Made by a program: the position numbers and the translations under genes
Notes under the pieces: generated by a model
Seen by the model: only the letters and a program-made list of their open reading frames with translations
Database searches by the model: none
What the model was told of the DNA's origin: nothing
Shown here: piece after piece, positions 1 to 9,616 of the stretch
Position numbering within the stretch: position 1 is the first letter of the stretch
Layout: the number at the start of each line of letters is the position of its first letter
NCBI GenBank assembly: GCA_048538275.1
Contig: JBLYPW010000001.1
Span: 431,928 to 487,038, forward strand
Reading direction: 5' to 3'
Length of the DNA: 55,111 nt
DNA from: Candidatus Komeilibacteria bacterium
GTDB taxonomy: Bacteria; Patescibacteriota; Patescibacteriia; UBA1558

Positions 1-53
1 TTATTGGAAATACAAAAACGCCGATAAGGCGCTATGTATATAATCCCTTTGAA

Positions 54-1745
54 TCATTTGCTTGCCATATGAATAAATTCCATAAACAATGGGTGTGGTT
101 TGAGAGGTGTGCTTTTGTATTCGGGATGGCCTTGCGTGGCTACGAAAAATGGATGCTCTTGATTACGCAATTCAATCATTTCCACAAAAAAATCATCCGG
201 CGAGGTACCAACAAATTTTAAGCCCGCTTGACTTAATATATCTCTAAAATCATTATTAAACTCATAACGATGACGATGTCTTTCTGATATCAATAAATTA
301 CCAGAGGCTACGATAACTCGCTTTTCTTTCTGATTATCATTTAACAGTTCCCCTTGATTATATTTTTGGTAAATCTTACCAACCATACTATTGGCTTCTA
401 ATATACAATCATAAGCCCCCAGTCGCATTGAAGTGCCCTCACCCTTGATCACCTGATATTTTTCACTCATGGGAATATCGTGAATGATGGGATAAGGTGT
501 CCTAGCGTCGTTTTCAACGGTATTGGCCTGCTTTAGATTGGCCACGTGGCGAGCATATTCTACACAGGCTAATTGCATGCCATAACATAAACCTAAATAA
601 GGTATTTTTTTTTCACGGGCATACTGAATGACTTTAATCTTGCCTTCAGCACCCCTATGTCCCCAACCGATCGGTACTATAATACCATCCGCCTTACCAA
701 TTAGCTTAGTCCCCTGCTTTTCTATGTCCTCAGTATTGATAAATTTTAGTTTTGGCTCTATGTTTTGCTGCCAACAAGCATGTTTTATCGCCTCCAATAA
801 AGCGGCGTATGAATCAGCCAATTCATAATCACCGGTGGCAAAATATTTACCAGCAATGACAATATTCACTGATTTCTTTTTGACTGATTTAATTTTTTTT
901 ACCAGTTTTTTCCAGCTAGTCAAGCGCAGCTGTTTATAATTGAGGTGAAAAGCTTTTAACACTTTTTTATCAAATTCTTGTTTGGCAAAAATGATCGGCA
1001 ATTCATAAATAGTCTTCAGATCCGGGGCCATAATAACATTATCACCGGGTACAGAACACTTGAGGCCGAGCAAATAGCGACGACGTTTATCTAAAGTGGC
1101 TTCACTGCGCAATACTAGAAAATCTGGCATAATGCCCATACTCATTACGGTCCGTATAGACAATTGCGTGGGCATGGTTTTGGGCTCGCCGATGTGTTTG
1201 GGTAGCGGCACATAGCTGACATGCACATTGATCACATCATCCGGTTGCTCTGCTTTCATAATCCGACAAGCTTCATAATAAAGCATATTTTGATATTCAC
1301 CAGCCGTACCACCCAATTCAATAATTATAATATCATCATCCTCACCAGCCTCGCGGATGCGTTTGATAATCTCATCGGAAATATGCGGGATCGCCTCCAC
1401 GTCTTCACCCTTATAACCAAAAGATCTTTCTCTATCAATAACTGCTTTGTAAATTTGTCCCATAGTAGTAAAGTTGCGTTGCCCCATCTCCCTGCCTAAA
1501 AATCGTTCATAAGTACCAAGATCCATGTCAGCTTCCAAACCATCTTCACATAAAAAAGCATCCCCATGTTCTATGGGGTTGATAGTACCAGAATCAATAT
1601 TTAAATAATTCTCACATTTTATTACGCCTACTTTATAACCGCGATTTTGTAGAAGGAAACCGAGAGATGAAGCCACTACGCCCTTGCCGAGTCCGGAGAG
1701 AACGCCACCAGATACAAAAATATACTTAGTGGGCTGCTGCTTCAT
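54..1745 (-). CDS. pyrG: CTP synthase
   Basis: 563-aa ORF. N-terminal KYIFVSGGVLSGLGKG synthetase motif and C-terminal glutamine amidotransferase domain (GLCYGMQ, HRHRYEFN). Ends on TGA. Confidence 0.95.
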   Translation of the reverse strand: MKQQPTKYIFVSGGVLSGLGKGVVASSLGFLLQNRGYKVGVIKCENYLNIDSGTINPIEHGDAFLCEDGLEADMDLGTYERFLGREMGQRNFTTMGQIYKAVIDRERSFGYKGEDVEAIPHISDEIIKRIREAGEDDDIIIIELGGTAGEYQNMLYYEACRIMKAEQPDDVINVHVSYVPLPKHIGEPKTMPTQLSIRTVMSMGIMPDFLVLRSEATLDKRRRYLLGLKCSVPGDNVIMAPDLKTIYELPIIFAKQEFDKKVLKAFHLNYKQLRLTSWKKLVKKIKSVKKKSVNIVIAGKYFATGDYELADSYAALLEAIKHACWQQNIEPKLKFINTEDIEKQGTKLIGKADGIIVPIGWGHRGAEGKIKVIQYAREKKIPYLGLCYGMQLACVEYARHVANLKQANTVENDARTPYPIIHDIPMSEKYQVIKGEGTSMRLGAYDCILEANSMVGKIYQKYNQGELLNDNQKEKRVIVASGNLLISERHRHRYEFNNDFRDILSQAGLKFVGTSPDDFFVEMIELRNQEHPFFVATQGHPEYKSTPLKPHPLFMEFIHMASK

Positions 1746-2184
1746 GCTGTGGAGTAATGTTTAGATGAATATTAATTTTAGTTTGATTGACTTTAAGCTC
1801 TGCATCTTGCTTACCGACTTGTTTTACATTGGTCAATAATACTATATTATGACCAGACAAATCTAAGCCAAATTGCTCGCCAATAGCCGTTTGCAATTGC
1901 TTGTCCGCAACCGCGGCATATAGGTGTCCTTGATCATTGGCTTTTAATTCTAAATTGATAGTCGCATTAGCCAAAGTCTTGGCTAATTTGTCCGTTTTTA
2001 ACTGTTTTTGCTTAACAACTTTTTTTACATTGGCTAGTTTTTTTTGCCAGATTGCTACTTCTTTATCATCAGCCGAAATGGCTAAGCCTTGCGGTATCAA
2101 ATAATTACGAGCATAACCCGCTTTCACCTCTTTAATACCGCCCGGTCGGCAGCCGCCGGCCGCTTTTATATACATTATTTTCAT
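1726..2184 (-). CDS. rplI: 50S ribosomal protein L9
   Basis: N-terminus EVKAGYARNYLIPQGLA matches the conserved L9 N-domain. Overlaps the pyrG start by 20 nt. Confidence 0.85.
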   Translation of the reverse strand: MKIMYIKAAGGCRPGGIKEVKAGYARNYLIPQGLAISADDKEVAIWQKKLANVKKVVKQKQLKTDKLAKTLANATINLELKANDQGHLYAAVADKQLQTAIGEQFGLDLSGHNIVLLTNVKQVGKQDAELKVNQTKINIHLNITPQHEAAAH

Positions 2185-3431
2185 GGTAATTGCTTGATTG
2201 CTTGTAAGGCCGCATCTAGCTGATTATCAATATCATTATTATAGTCCTCTTCATTAAATTCTACCACTTTATCTGGCTCAATGCCAACATTATTGATAAC
2301 TCTATCTTTAGGCGTATGCCATTCAGCTACGGTAATTTTCACCGCACTACCGTCAGATAATTGCTCCAATTCTTGTACCGAACCTTTGCCAAATGTGGTT
2401 TCTCCCAATAAAGTAGCCAAACCATAATCTTGTAAAGCGCCAGCTAATATTTCGGAAGCAGAGGCTGATCCGCCATTAACCAATACGATAGTCGGTATGT
2501 CTGCCAAAAGAGGCATCCCACTGGTCACATAATCTTGATTGCGTGAGGTATTATAAAAAACTTCTTTGACCATAACTTGATGATCAACCCAATAACCGCC
2601 CAACTCAATAGCTACATCTAAAAATCCTCCCGGATTATTACGTAAATCTAGAATAATGCGCTGCGCATTTTGTTGCAGCAATTCATTGACTGCTTGCTTA
2701 AAACGCTTACCGGTGTCTTCATTAAAATGAGTAACTCTAATATAAGCAATATTATCATCCTTCATTTCCCATTGGACGCTGATAATGTTAATGGTATCAC
2801 GAATAATTTGAATATCTTGAGTTTTTAATTCTTCTTTATGCAAAATAGTAAGAACAACCGGGGTGTCCTTCTCACCACGAATCAAATTGACAGCTTGATC
2901 GGTAGACATGCCCGTAGTATCCAGCCCATCAATCGCTAAAATTTTATCACCGGCCCTGACACCAGCTTTATCAGCCGGCGTATCCGGTAAAGGAGCAATA
3001 ATGGTAAGAGTGTTATTTTTAATGCCAATCTCAGCGCCAATGCCCTCAAACTTCCCGCTTAGTTCTTTGGTAAATTTACCAGCTACTTCTGGATTGAAAA
3101 AAACCGAATAAGGATCGCCTAAAGCGGCTACCGAACCAGCCATAGCACCATAAAACAAATCAATATCGTTTATTTTGTCACGGTAAACATATTTATTTTT
3201 TACCAAATCCCAAATCTGCCAAAAAAGATTGAAATTTACGTCTTTACTTAAATAAGAAGGTATCTTATCTTGATTATAAACAGTACCAATTTTATCCGAA
3301 GAATTAGCTATTGCAGAGCCATTACCCACTAACCAGCCAAAGCCAAAACTGACTAAAATTAAAACAATAACCACGGTTGTGGTACGTTTTTTTACACTGG
3401 GAAAATTATACTTTATTTCATTCATGAGCAA
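2181..3431 (-). CDS. S41 family carboxy-terminal processing peptidase with PDZ domain
   Basis: N-terminal TM segment, a PDZ-like segment (GIGAEIG, GVRAGDKILAIDG) and S41 core (LDLRNNPGG, VLVNGGSASASEILAGAL, TFGKGSVQ). Confidence 0.85.
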   Translation of the reverse strand: MLMNEIKYNFPSVKKRTTTVVIVLILVSFGFGWLVGNGSAIANSSDKIGTVYNQDKIPSYLSKDVNFNLFWQIWDLVKNKYVYRDKINDIDLFYGAMAGSVAALGDPYSVFFNPEVAGKFTKELSGKFEGIGAEIGIKNNTLTIIAPLPDTPADKAGVRAGDKILAIDGLDTTGMSTDQAVNLIRGEKDTPVVLTILHKEELKTQDIQIIRDTINIISVQWEMKDDNIAYIRVTHFNEDTGKRFKQAVNELLQQNAQRIILDLRNNPGGFLDVAIELGGYWVDHQVMVKEVFYNTSRNQDYVTSGMPLLADIPTIVLVNGGSASASEILAGALQDYGLATLLGETTFGKGSVQELEQLSDGSAVKITVAEWHTPKDRVINNVGIEPDKVVEFNEEDYNNDIDNQLDAALQAIKQLP

Positions 3432-3449
3432 TATTATAGCAAATATTTA

Positions 3450-4715
3450 TTAGCTGGCCAAATCTATTTCTTCAATGTGAATTCCGATCGCTCTCAATCG
3501 TTCTAAAATATTGCTATAACCTCTTTTTATTTGATAAATATTATCTATAATGGTAGTACCTTGGGCAATGGTACCGGCTATCACCATAGCAATGCCTGCA
3601 CGTAGATCTGGACTTTCTACTTTTTTACCGATCAGCTGGGTAGCTCCTTGAATAATAATTCTATGAGGATCACAAAGAATAATATGAGCGCCCATGCGAT
3701 TTAATAAATCAGTATATAATAAACGACTCTCGTATATGGTCTCATGTACCATACTCAACCCCTCTGCTTGGGTAAGTAATACGGTGGTCGGTGCTTGCAA
3801 GTCAGTCGGAAAGCCGGGGTATTCGTGAGTAGCTATTTTAATAGCTTCAAATTTGTGACTTGGTTTCACATTAATATAATCATCGCCAACGGAAAAATTG
3901 ACACCAATGCGCTTATAAATATATAAAGGAACCGCTAAGTGATCAGGATTACAATTAGTGATAGTCAAACCTTGTTGATTAGCTGCCGCCAAAGCTATAA
4001 AACTACCCGCCTCCAAACGATCTGGAATAATACTAAATTCAGTTCCAGATAATTTATCCACGCCCTGTATAGTGATCGTAGGGGTGCCAGCACCCACAAT
4101 ATTTGCACCCATACTATTCAACATTTCTGCTAAAGCCACCACTTCTGGCTCACAAGCGGCATTGATTATGGTAGTAGTACCCTGAGCTAAAGCAGCTGCC
4201 ATCATCATGCTTTCGGTACCGGTATGACTCATCTGTGGGAAAATAATATTATTAGCTTTCAATTTCTTTGCTTGAAAAAGATAGCTGTCATCAGTGACGG
4301 TCACTTTAGCCCCCAAAGCTGTAAAGCCATCAACAAAAAAATTAATTGGTCGCTTGCCAATTATACAACCGCCCGGATGAGGTAAATGAACCTCGCCCCA
4401 GCGCGCCAATAAAGGCGCTATAAACATTATGGAACTGCGCAACTTTTTAGCTAGATCAGCATCTACTGCAGTGGGATCAATATTACTATTATCTATTCGC
4501 CAGCTACCGTTGCCCAAAGCTTCAATTTGCGAACCAATAGCTCGCATCAAGCTAAATATAATACGCATATCCTCTATGTCCGGAACATTGTGCAAAATAC
4601 AGATTTCATCAGTCAATAAGGTCGCCGGAACGGCTTTAAGAGCATTATTCTTAGCGCCCGCAACCGCAATCTCACCCTTAATTTTCTGCTGTCCAATAAT
4701 TTTATACTGAGCCAT
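3450..4715 (-). CDS. murA: UDP-N-acetylglucosamine 1-carboxyvinyltransferase
   Basis: MAQYKIIGQQKIKGEIAVAGAKNNALK start and a GGCxIG loop with catalytic Cys (PGGCIIGKRPI). The track ORF extends to 4772, but the Met at 4715 fits the MurA N-terminus. Confidence 0.9.
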   Translation of the reverse strand: MAQYKIIGQQKIKGEIAVAGAKNNALKAVPATLLTDEICILHNVPDIEDMRIIFSLMRAIGSQIEALGNGSWRIDNSNIDPTAVDADLAKKLRSSIMFIAPLLARWGEVHLPHPGGCIIGKRPINFFVDGFTALGAKVTVTDDSYLFQAKKLKANNIIFPQMSHTGTESMMMAAALAQGTTTIINAACEPEVVALAEMLNSMGANIVGAGTPTITIQGVDKLSGTEFSIIPDRLEAGSFIALAAANQQGLTITNCNPDHLAVPLYIYKRIGVNFSVGDDYINVKPSHKFEAIKIATHEYPGFPTDLQAPTTVLLTQAEGLSMVHETIYESRLLYTDLLNRMGAHIILCDPHRIIIQGATQLIGKKVESPDLRAGIAMVIAGTIAQGTTIIDNIYQIKRGYSNILERLRAIGIHIEEIDLAS

Positions 4716-4780
4716 AAACTTGACATTATGCTTATTTAACTCTATTTTACCTAAAAGAGGAAAAAATAACAACCCAAACT

Positions 4781-6121
4781 ATGCGCATGCTTTATAAAAG
4801 AATTCTTTGGATATCATCAGCTATCTTGTTTTTTGTATTAGCTCCCCTGTTAATCATTTATTCTTTAGGTTGGCGTTATGACTTTGCTAAGCGATCTTTG
4901 CAGCCGACCGGTATTTTATTTGTAAAAACTTATCCTCAACAAGCTAATATATATTTAAATGACATATGGCAGGATGATCGTACGCCATGGCAAAAAGCAA
5001 ATTTATTGGCTAATGATTATCATCTCAAAATTACACAAACAGGTTATTTGGATTGGCAAAAAACTATCAATGTCCGTCCCCAACAAACTGCTTTTGTAGA
5101 GGACATAGTTTTATTTAAAAAATTGTCTCCCACTATAATAAGTGAAGAAAATAATTTACAAATTATAAGTAATAATACAGGCGAAATACATATCATCACC
5201 GGTCAAACAGACCAGGGTTGGCAAATGTGGAATTTTGTTGTAGATCATAAAATTTGGCGACCTTTACTGGCCCAGCCAATCAATTTACCCATTAAATTAA
5301 TATCCCTTTCCCCTAATGGTAAAAAACTAATATACGAAACGGGTGATGAAATTTATTTACTAAATATCAATATACCGCAAAATAATTCTCGGTTAACTGA
5401 TTTACCGCGCCAATGGTTTAATGACTTTGCGTGGCATGGCAGTAAGGATAATATTATCTATGTATTGCAAAAAAATACTTTACTTGCTTATGATATTACA
5501 ACATCATCAGCTAAATTAGTAGCTAGTATTAGCAATGCACAAGCTTATTTCCCCTATCAGAACACACTTTATATTGGCAGCGAACAAACTGAAGATAATC
5601 AACTATTGCTCAGTCGCTATACTGACCTCAAGACGGAAGCATTGCCTATCACTAAATTACCAGCGGGAGGTAAATTACAGTTAATACCCAGTCAAAGACA
5701 TTTATCGGTCTTGGATAGTGGTACAAACTGGCTGTATTTACTGGGCACCGATAATAATAATTTTGTTGCTAAAGTCATTCCCAATGTAAAACACGCCACC
5801 TGGTATAGTCGCAATGATGATAAGTTACTTTATTGGAATGATAATGAATTGTCCGTATATTTTGCTGACCGTGATAATAGTATTCTTTTAACTCGTCGCA
5901 GCCAAACCATCCATAATGCTTGGTGGCATCCTAACGGAGCCTATGTTTTTTATCTATTAGATAAGGAGTTACAAATTATTGAGCTGGACGAACGTAGTCC
6001 GCGCAATGAATATACGCTTGCTACGCTTGACGATCAATCACCGCTACTGATAAATAACAAGGGTGATATCATATTTTATCTTAATGAATCCGGTCAACTT
6101 TTAGAGCAGATTATTCAGTAA
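4781..6121 (+). CDS. membrane-anchored protein with PEGA-like domain and repeat-rich extracytoplasmic region
   Basis: N-terminal TM helix. PEGA-like segment (LFVKTYPQQANIYLND...YHLKITQTGYLDWQKTINV). One of only three plus-strand protein genes called in the window (with 9617-11728 and 35663-35962). Confidence 0.5.
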   Translation: MRMLYKRILWISSAILFFVLAPLLIIYSLGWRYDFAKRSLQPTGILFVKTYPQQANIYLNDIWQDDRTPWQKANLLANDYHLKITQTGYLDWQKTINVRPQQTAFVEDIVLFKKLSPTIISEENNLQIISNNTGEIHIITGQTDQGWQMWNFVVDHKIWRPLLAQPINLPIKLISLSPNGKKLIYETGDEIYLLNINIPQNNSRLTDLPRQWFNDFAWHGSKDNIIYVLQKNTLLAYDITTSSAKLVASISNAQAYFPYQNTLYIGSEQTEDNQLLLSRYTDLKTEALPITKLPAGGKLQLIPSQRHLSVLDSGTNWLYLLGTDNNNFVAKVIPNVKHATWYSRNDDKLLYWNDNELSVYFADRDNSILLTRRSQTIHNAWWHPNGAYVFYLLDKELQIIELDERSPRNEYTLATLDDQSPLLINNKGDIIFYLNESGQLLEQIIQ

Positions 6122-6473
6122 ATAAGCCGTGCAGCGCCACCCAACCCAGTAAAGATAAATACACTATAAAATACCAAGGCCAATCAACGGCTACCCAGCC
6201 CAATACAAATACTAAAAATCCACCTAGTAATCCCAGCAGAGGGATTTTTTTTATGGCCATATGGTCTGCTGGTCGTACCCAAAAAATATCAAGTATAAAA
6301 AATATCAATAAAATCAAACTATGCCAAACTAGATTATAATAATTTGTCACTAAGCCAGTTTTTAATAATTCTAAAGCCATCAGAATAAGCCAGCTGACCA
6401 AAAGTAGCTGTTCCCATTCCACAATAAAAATGCTGATATATTTTCTAACAAACTTCATCTTTGTTGCCACCAA
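6111..6473 (-). CDS. small polytopic membrane protein
   Basis: 120 aa with three to four hydrophobic helices. Overlaps its upstream neighbour by 19 nt, suggesting an operon. Confidence 0.4.
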   Translation of the reverse strand: MVATKMKFVRKYISIFIVEWEQLLLVSWLILMALELLKTGLVTNYYNLVWHSLILLIFFILDIFWVRPADHMAIKKIPLLGLLGGFLVFVLGWVAVDWPWYFIVYLSLLGWVALHGLFTE

Positions 6474-7927
6474 TATTTAAGATAAGATAAGCTGTCCGGC
6501 CACCAAGCAGCCACTGTCCGAGAAAAACTAAGCTCTATTTTTTTTATCTTGAACGGTTGTTCTAAACTAACTCCTGGGGCAGCAATCATAAAACGTAATT
6601 TTCCACCACTCAGAGCCGCCGAATCTAGATTAAAAACTACGACATTACTAAACCATTGCTCTTGCTCTATAAATTGTTTAACCGGTAGCTGATACTTAGC
6701 TATAAAATAATCATAAGGACTTTCATCATTGACAATAGTAGTCTTATAATCACTAGGCGCAAACCATTCATCATCGGCAAAGGCGAATAAATTGTTACCA
6801 TCAATCATTAAATCACTCTGATCTATGTCAATATTATATTGGCCCTTGAGATAATCCAGTGTATAGATCTTATGTAATTCGGAAATAGCCAGGCTACGTC
6901 CTGCTACCATAATATTTTGTTTACCGCTGGGATGACTGGTGCTGATATTTATAACAGAGCTATTGCTTATCAGCCTGATAGGAGCATCTTGGATCACTCC
7001 CAAACCATCTGCATATTCACTATTGCCGGCCAAATAAAGATGTTTAATAAAAGTCAAATAAATCTGAGGCGAGCGAATTGCGGTGGTGAAAATATCATAA
7101 TTAGCCAACACTTCAAAACGATATACCCCCGGCTGTAAATGATCTAAAGCAATACCCAATTGACGAACATTGCTAGCCGGGTCAGTCGCTTGTTGCCAGC
7201 CATCATCGGCCAATGCCTTAGTCACTATACGATTATTATTCCAATCATAAACATTTATTAAAACATTATCTTCATTATTACTACGATTTAAATCCTGTAA
7301 AAAAAACGTAAAATCTAAATCGCCACCACTATAAGTATAAAAACTATAATCCCCCCTTAATATATAATTCCGTGTTTTAGGACTGGACCAGTCTTTATAA
7401 TCCGGTAAAATATAATGCTGAGGCAAATGTATATTATAACTAGCTACCCTATCTAATTCAGCGGCTTGACCTATAAACTCAGCAATAGAAGAAAAATCTA
7501 TATTTCTTTGCCACAATATTGTTTCACCTTCTACTAGATTGGGCCAAGACAAATTATTAAAATCCCGATTATCCAATGTTTCCAAATGATAGGCCCAGTC
7601 ATTAGCAGAGGCTTGCTGTAAACCAATTTTAATATCCTGACAACAGGTATTGTCATATAATAATTTTACTTGCACTCTGTCATAGGGACGGGGCAAGCGA
7701 GCAGAAAAATACAATGGCTCTTTATGAATCTGCCATACTCCTTCGCTTATCATTACCCGATCGGCGGGAAACAATGGCCCAATGATCGGATTACTGGCAG
7801 CGGCTTCTTGAGCGGCATAAAAATAACCACTCCTACCCAAATCACTAGCCAATAACCAGATGATTACACAAATAAATAATAACCAACCAAAATAATAAAT
7901 AAATTGTCTAAATTTATTGACCGTCAT
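6455..7927 (-). CDS. membrane-anchored hypothetical protein
   Basis: 490-aa ORF with an N-terminal TM helix. Overlaps the GT-C gene upstream. No recognisable motif. Confidence 0.45.
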   Translation of the reverse strand: MTVNKFRQFIYYFGWLLFICVIIWLLASDLGRSGYFYAAQEAAASNPIIGPLFPADRVMISEGVWQIHKEPLYFSARLPRPYDRVQVKLLYDNTCCQDIKIGLQQASANDWAYHLETLDNRDFNNLSWPNLVEGETILWQRNIDFSSIAEFIGQAAELDRVASYNIHLPQHYILPDYKDWSSPKTRNYILRGDYSFYTYSGGDLDFTFFLQDLNRSNNEDNVLINVYDWNNNRIVTKALADDGWQQATDPASNVRQLGIALDHLQPGVYRFEVLANYDIFTTAIRSPQIYLTFIKHLYLAGNSEYADGLGVIQDAPIRLISNSSVINISTSHPSGKQNIMVAGRSLAISELHKIYTLDYLKGQYNIDIDQSDLMIDGNNLFAFADDEWFAPSDYKTTIVNDESPYDYFIAKYQLPVKQFIEQEQWFSNVVVFNLDSAALSGGKLRFMIAAPGVSLEQPFKIKKIELSFSRTVAAWWPDSLSYLKYWWQQR

Positions 7928-9557
7928 ATTCTAAATTTATCTTATATAAAGCCATATTATCATAGCTAATATCAGTAATGCCTAATTCTAAATCATACTT
8001 TTTATAATCACGCTGATTCAAATAGGCAATATCAGCCAAATCATATTGCCAATCCCACAAATAAACAGGATATTGATCGGCTAATCTAGCCAAACGCTGC
8101 CAATCAATCGGATAAAAAAGATCATAGATCACCGTCCTGGTCGGCCAAAACACCTTATCACTACGACGAGCGATGATAATAGCATCAGTAGCAGTCTTCT
8201 CATTTACTAAAGTAGACATTTGTTCGTACCGTTCTATCTGATAATTCATAGCTTGCCAGCTTTCATCTCCATCCAATATAACTTGATGCCAGGCAAAGCT
8301 AAAACTAAATAAAAATAAAGCCGCCGCTGCGCTTATCCAGGCCAATTTATGTCGGGAAAAAATCCACTGCACAGACCAAGCAATAATGGGTAAGGTCATA
8401 ATATATATGGGCAACCAATAACGCACAAAGGATGTACCGATGGTCACAGCGCTGGGATCGGGATTGTCATGAAAGCTCCAACTGCCATAATAAATCACCA
8501 AGATCAAGGCAACGACGCCAAAAGAAAAAAGATAAGCCCACTGCGAACGGCTATTGGCTTGACGACGAATAGCCGCTAAGATAAATAAAAATAAAGCGAC
8601 TATAAAAATGACTGTCTGCCAATTAAAAAGATAATGCAGATAATTTGCCACATTACGACGCAAAACTTCTGGATGCCAACCAAAAGGTAAAAGATAATTT
8701 GTTAATGATTGCCAAGAACTAACTTCCTGCCCATTCACAAGCTGATAACCAATACTCCACGGTGAATTATAAAGCATGGTATTGTGATAAAACATTGGCA
8801 ATAGGGCGACTAAAGCAAAAATAGGTATAAACCAAACATAAGCCCAATGAATTTGACGCCAACGACATAGTAAAAATAATAAGCCCAACGGCAAAAGCCA
8901 GACTATTTCTGAGCTACGAACAAATAGAGCCAACCCAAACATTAATCCGGCAGCAGCATAAGACCACCAATAACGAGAGGATAAAGCTTGCCATAAAAAC
9001 CACAAAGCAGCGATGACCAATACCATTAATAAAACATTGGGCATCATGGCGCGTCCCGCATAATACCAATAGGCCGGTAATATCCACAATAATAAAGCGC
9101 TTAACAAAGCTGTTCGCCTATCAAAAATAGCTTTAATCAAACCATAAAACAATAATCCCCCTACAGCCGCCAGCAAAGGAGTCAACCAAATAATAATATC
9201 AGCGCGGTCAAACAGTCTGGCAATACTACCATATAACCAAGGTAAGCCAAGAAAGCCGGTCGGAGATAAATAATTATTAATAATACGCAAACTACGTGGC
9301 TTGACTATATCACCGCCCACTAAAGATGGTTCACTAAATTGGTGAAATTGGCCACTTTGATAAAACTGTGTGCTGGCCCAATAATTAGCCGTTTCATCCG
9401 GTGAATTAAAAATGGGCCGACCGGTTTTTTCCACATTTTGCAAACTAATAAAAGAGGGCCAACTATAAGCAACAAAAAAAATAATAGCTACCACCCCCAG
9501 AAAAATCCAATGCCAATCCAGGCTACCCTTAGTTTGTTTTAGACTGATGTTTAACAT
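7914..9557 (-). CDS. GT-C fold glycosyltransferase (ArnT/PMT, GT39-like)
   Basis: Polytopic 547-aa protein with an acidic first-loop motif (NSPDETANYWAS) typical of lipid-carrier-dependent GT-C enzymes. Confidence 0.6.
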   Translation of the reverse strand: MLNISLKQTKGSLDWHWIFLGVVAIIFFVAYSWPSFISLQNVEKTGRPIFNSPDETANYWASTQFYQSGQFHQFSEPSLVGGDIVKPRSLRIINNYLSPTGFLGLPWLYGSIARLFDRADIIIWLTPLLAAVGGLLFYGLIKAIFDRRTALLSALLLWILPAYWYYAGRAMMPNVLLMVLVIAALWFLWQALSSRYWWSYAAAGLMFGLALFVRSSEIVWLLPLGLLFLLCRWRQIHWAYVWFIPIFALVALLPMFYHNTMLYNSPWSIGYQLVNGQEVSSWQSLTNYLLPFGWHPEVLRRNVANYLHYLFNWQTVIFIVALFLFILAAIRRQANSRSQWAYLFSFGVVALILVIYYGSWSFHDNPDPSAVTIGTSFVRYWLPIYIMTLPIIAWSVQWIFSRHKLAWISAAAALFLFSFSFAWHQVILDGDESWQAMNYQIERYEQMSTLVNEKTATDAIIIARRSDKVFWPTRTVIYDLFYPIDWQRLARLADQYPVYLWDWQYDLADIAYLNQRDYKKYDLELGITDISYDNMALYKINLEYDGQ

Positions 9558-9616
9558 ATTAGCATTATAGCAAAAAAAAGCTTATTTTATTAGCCAAGTT
9601 ATGCTAAAATTATATT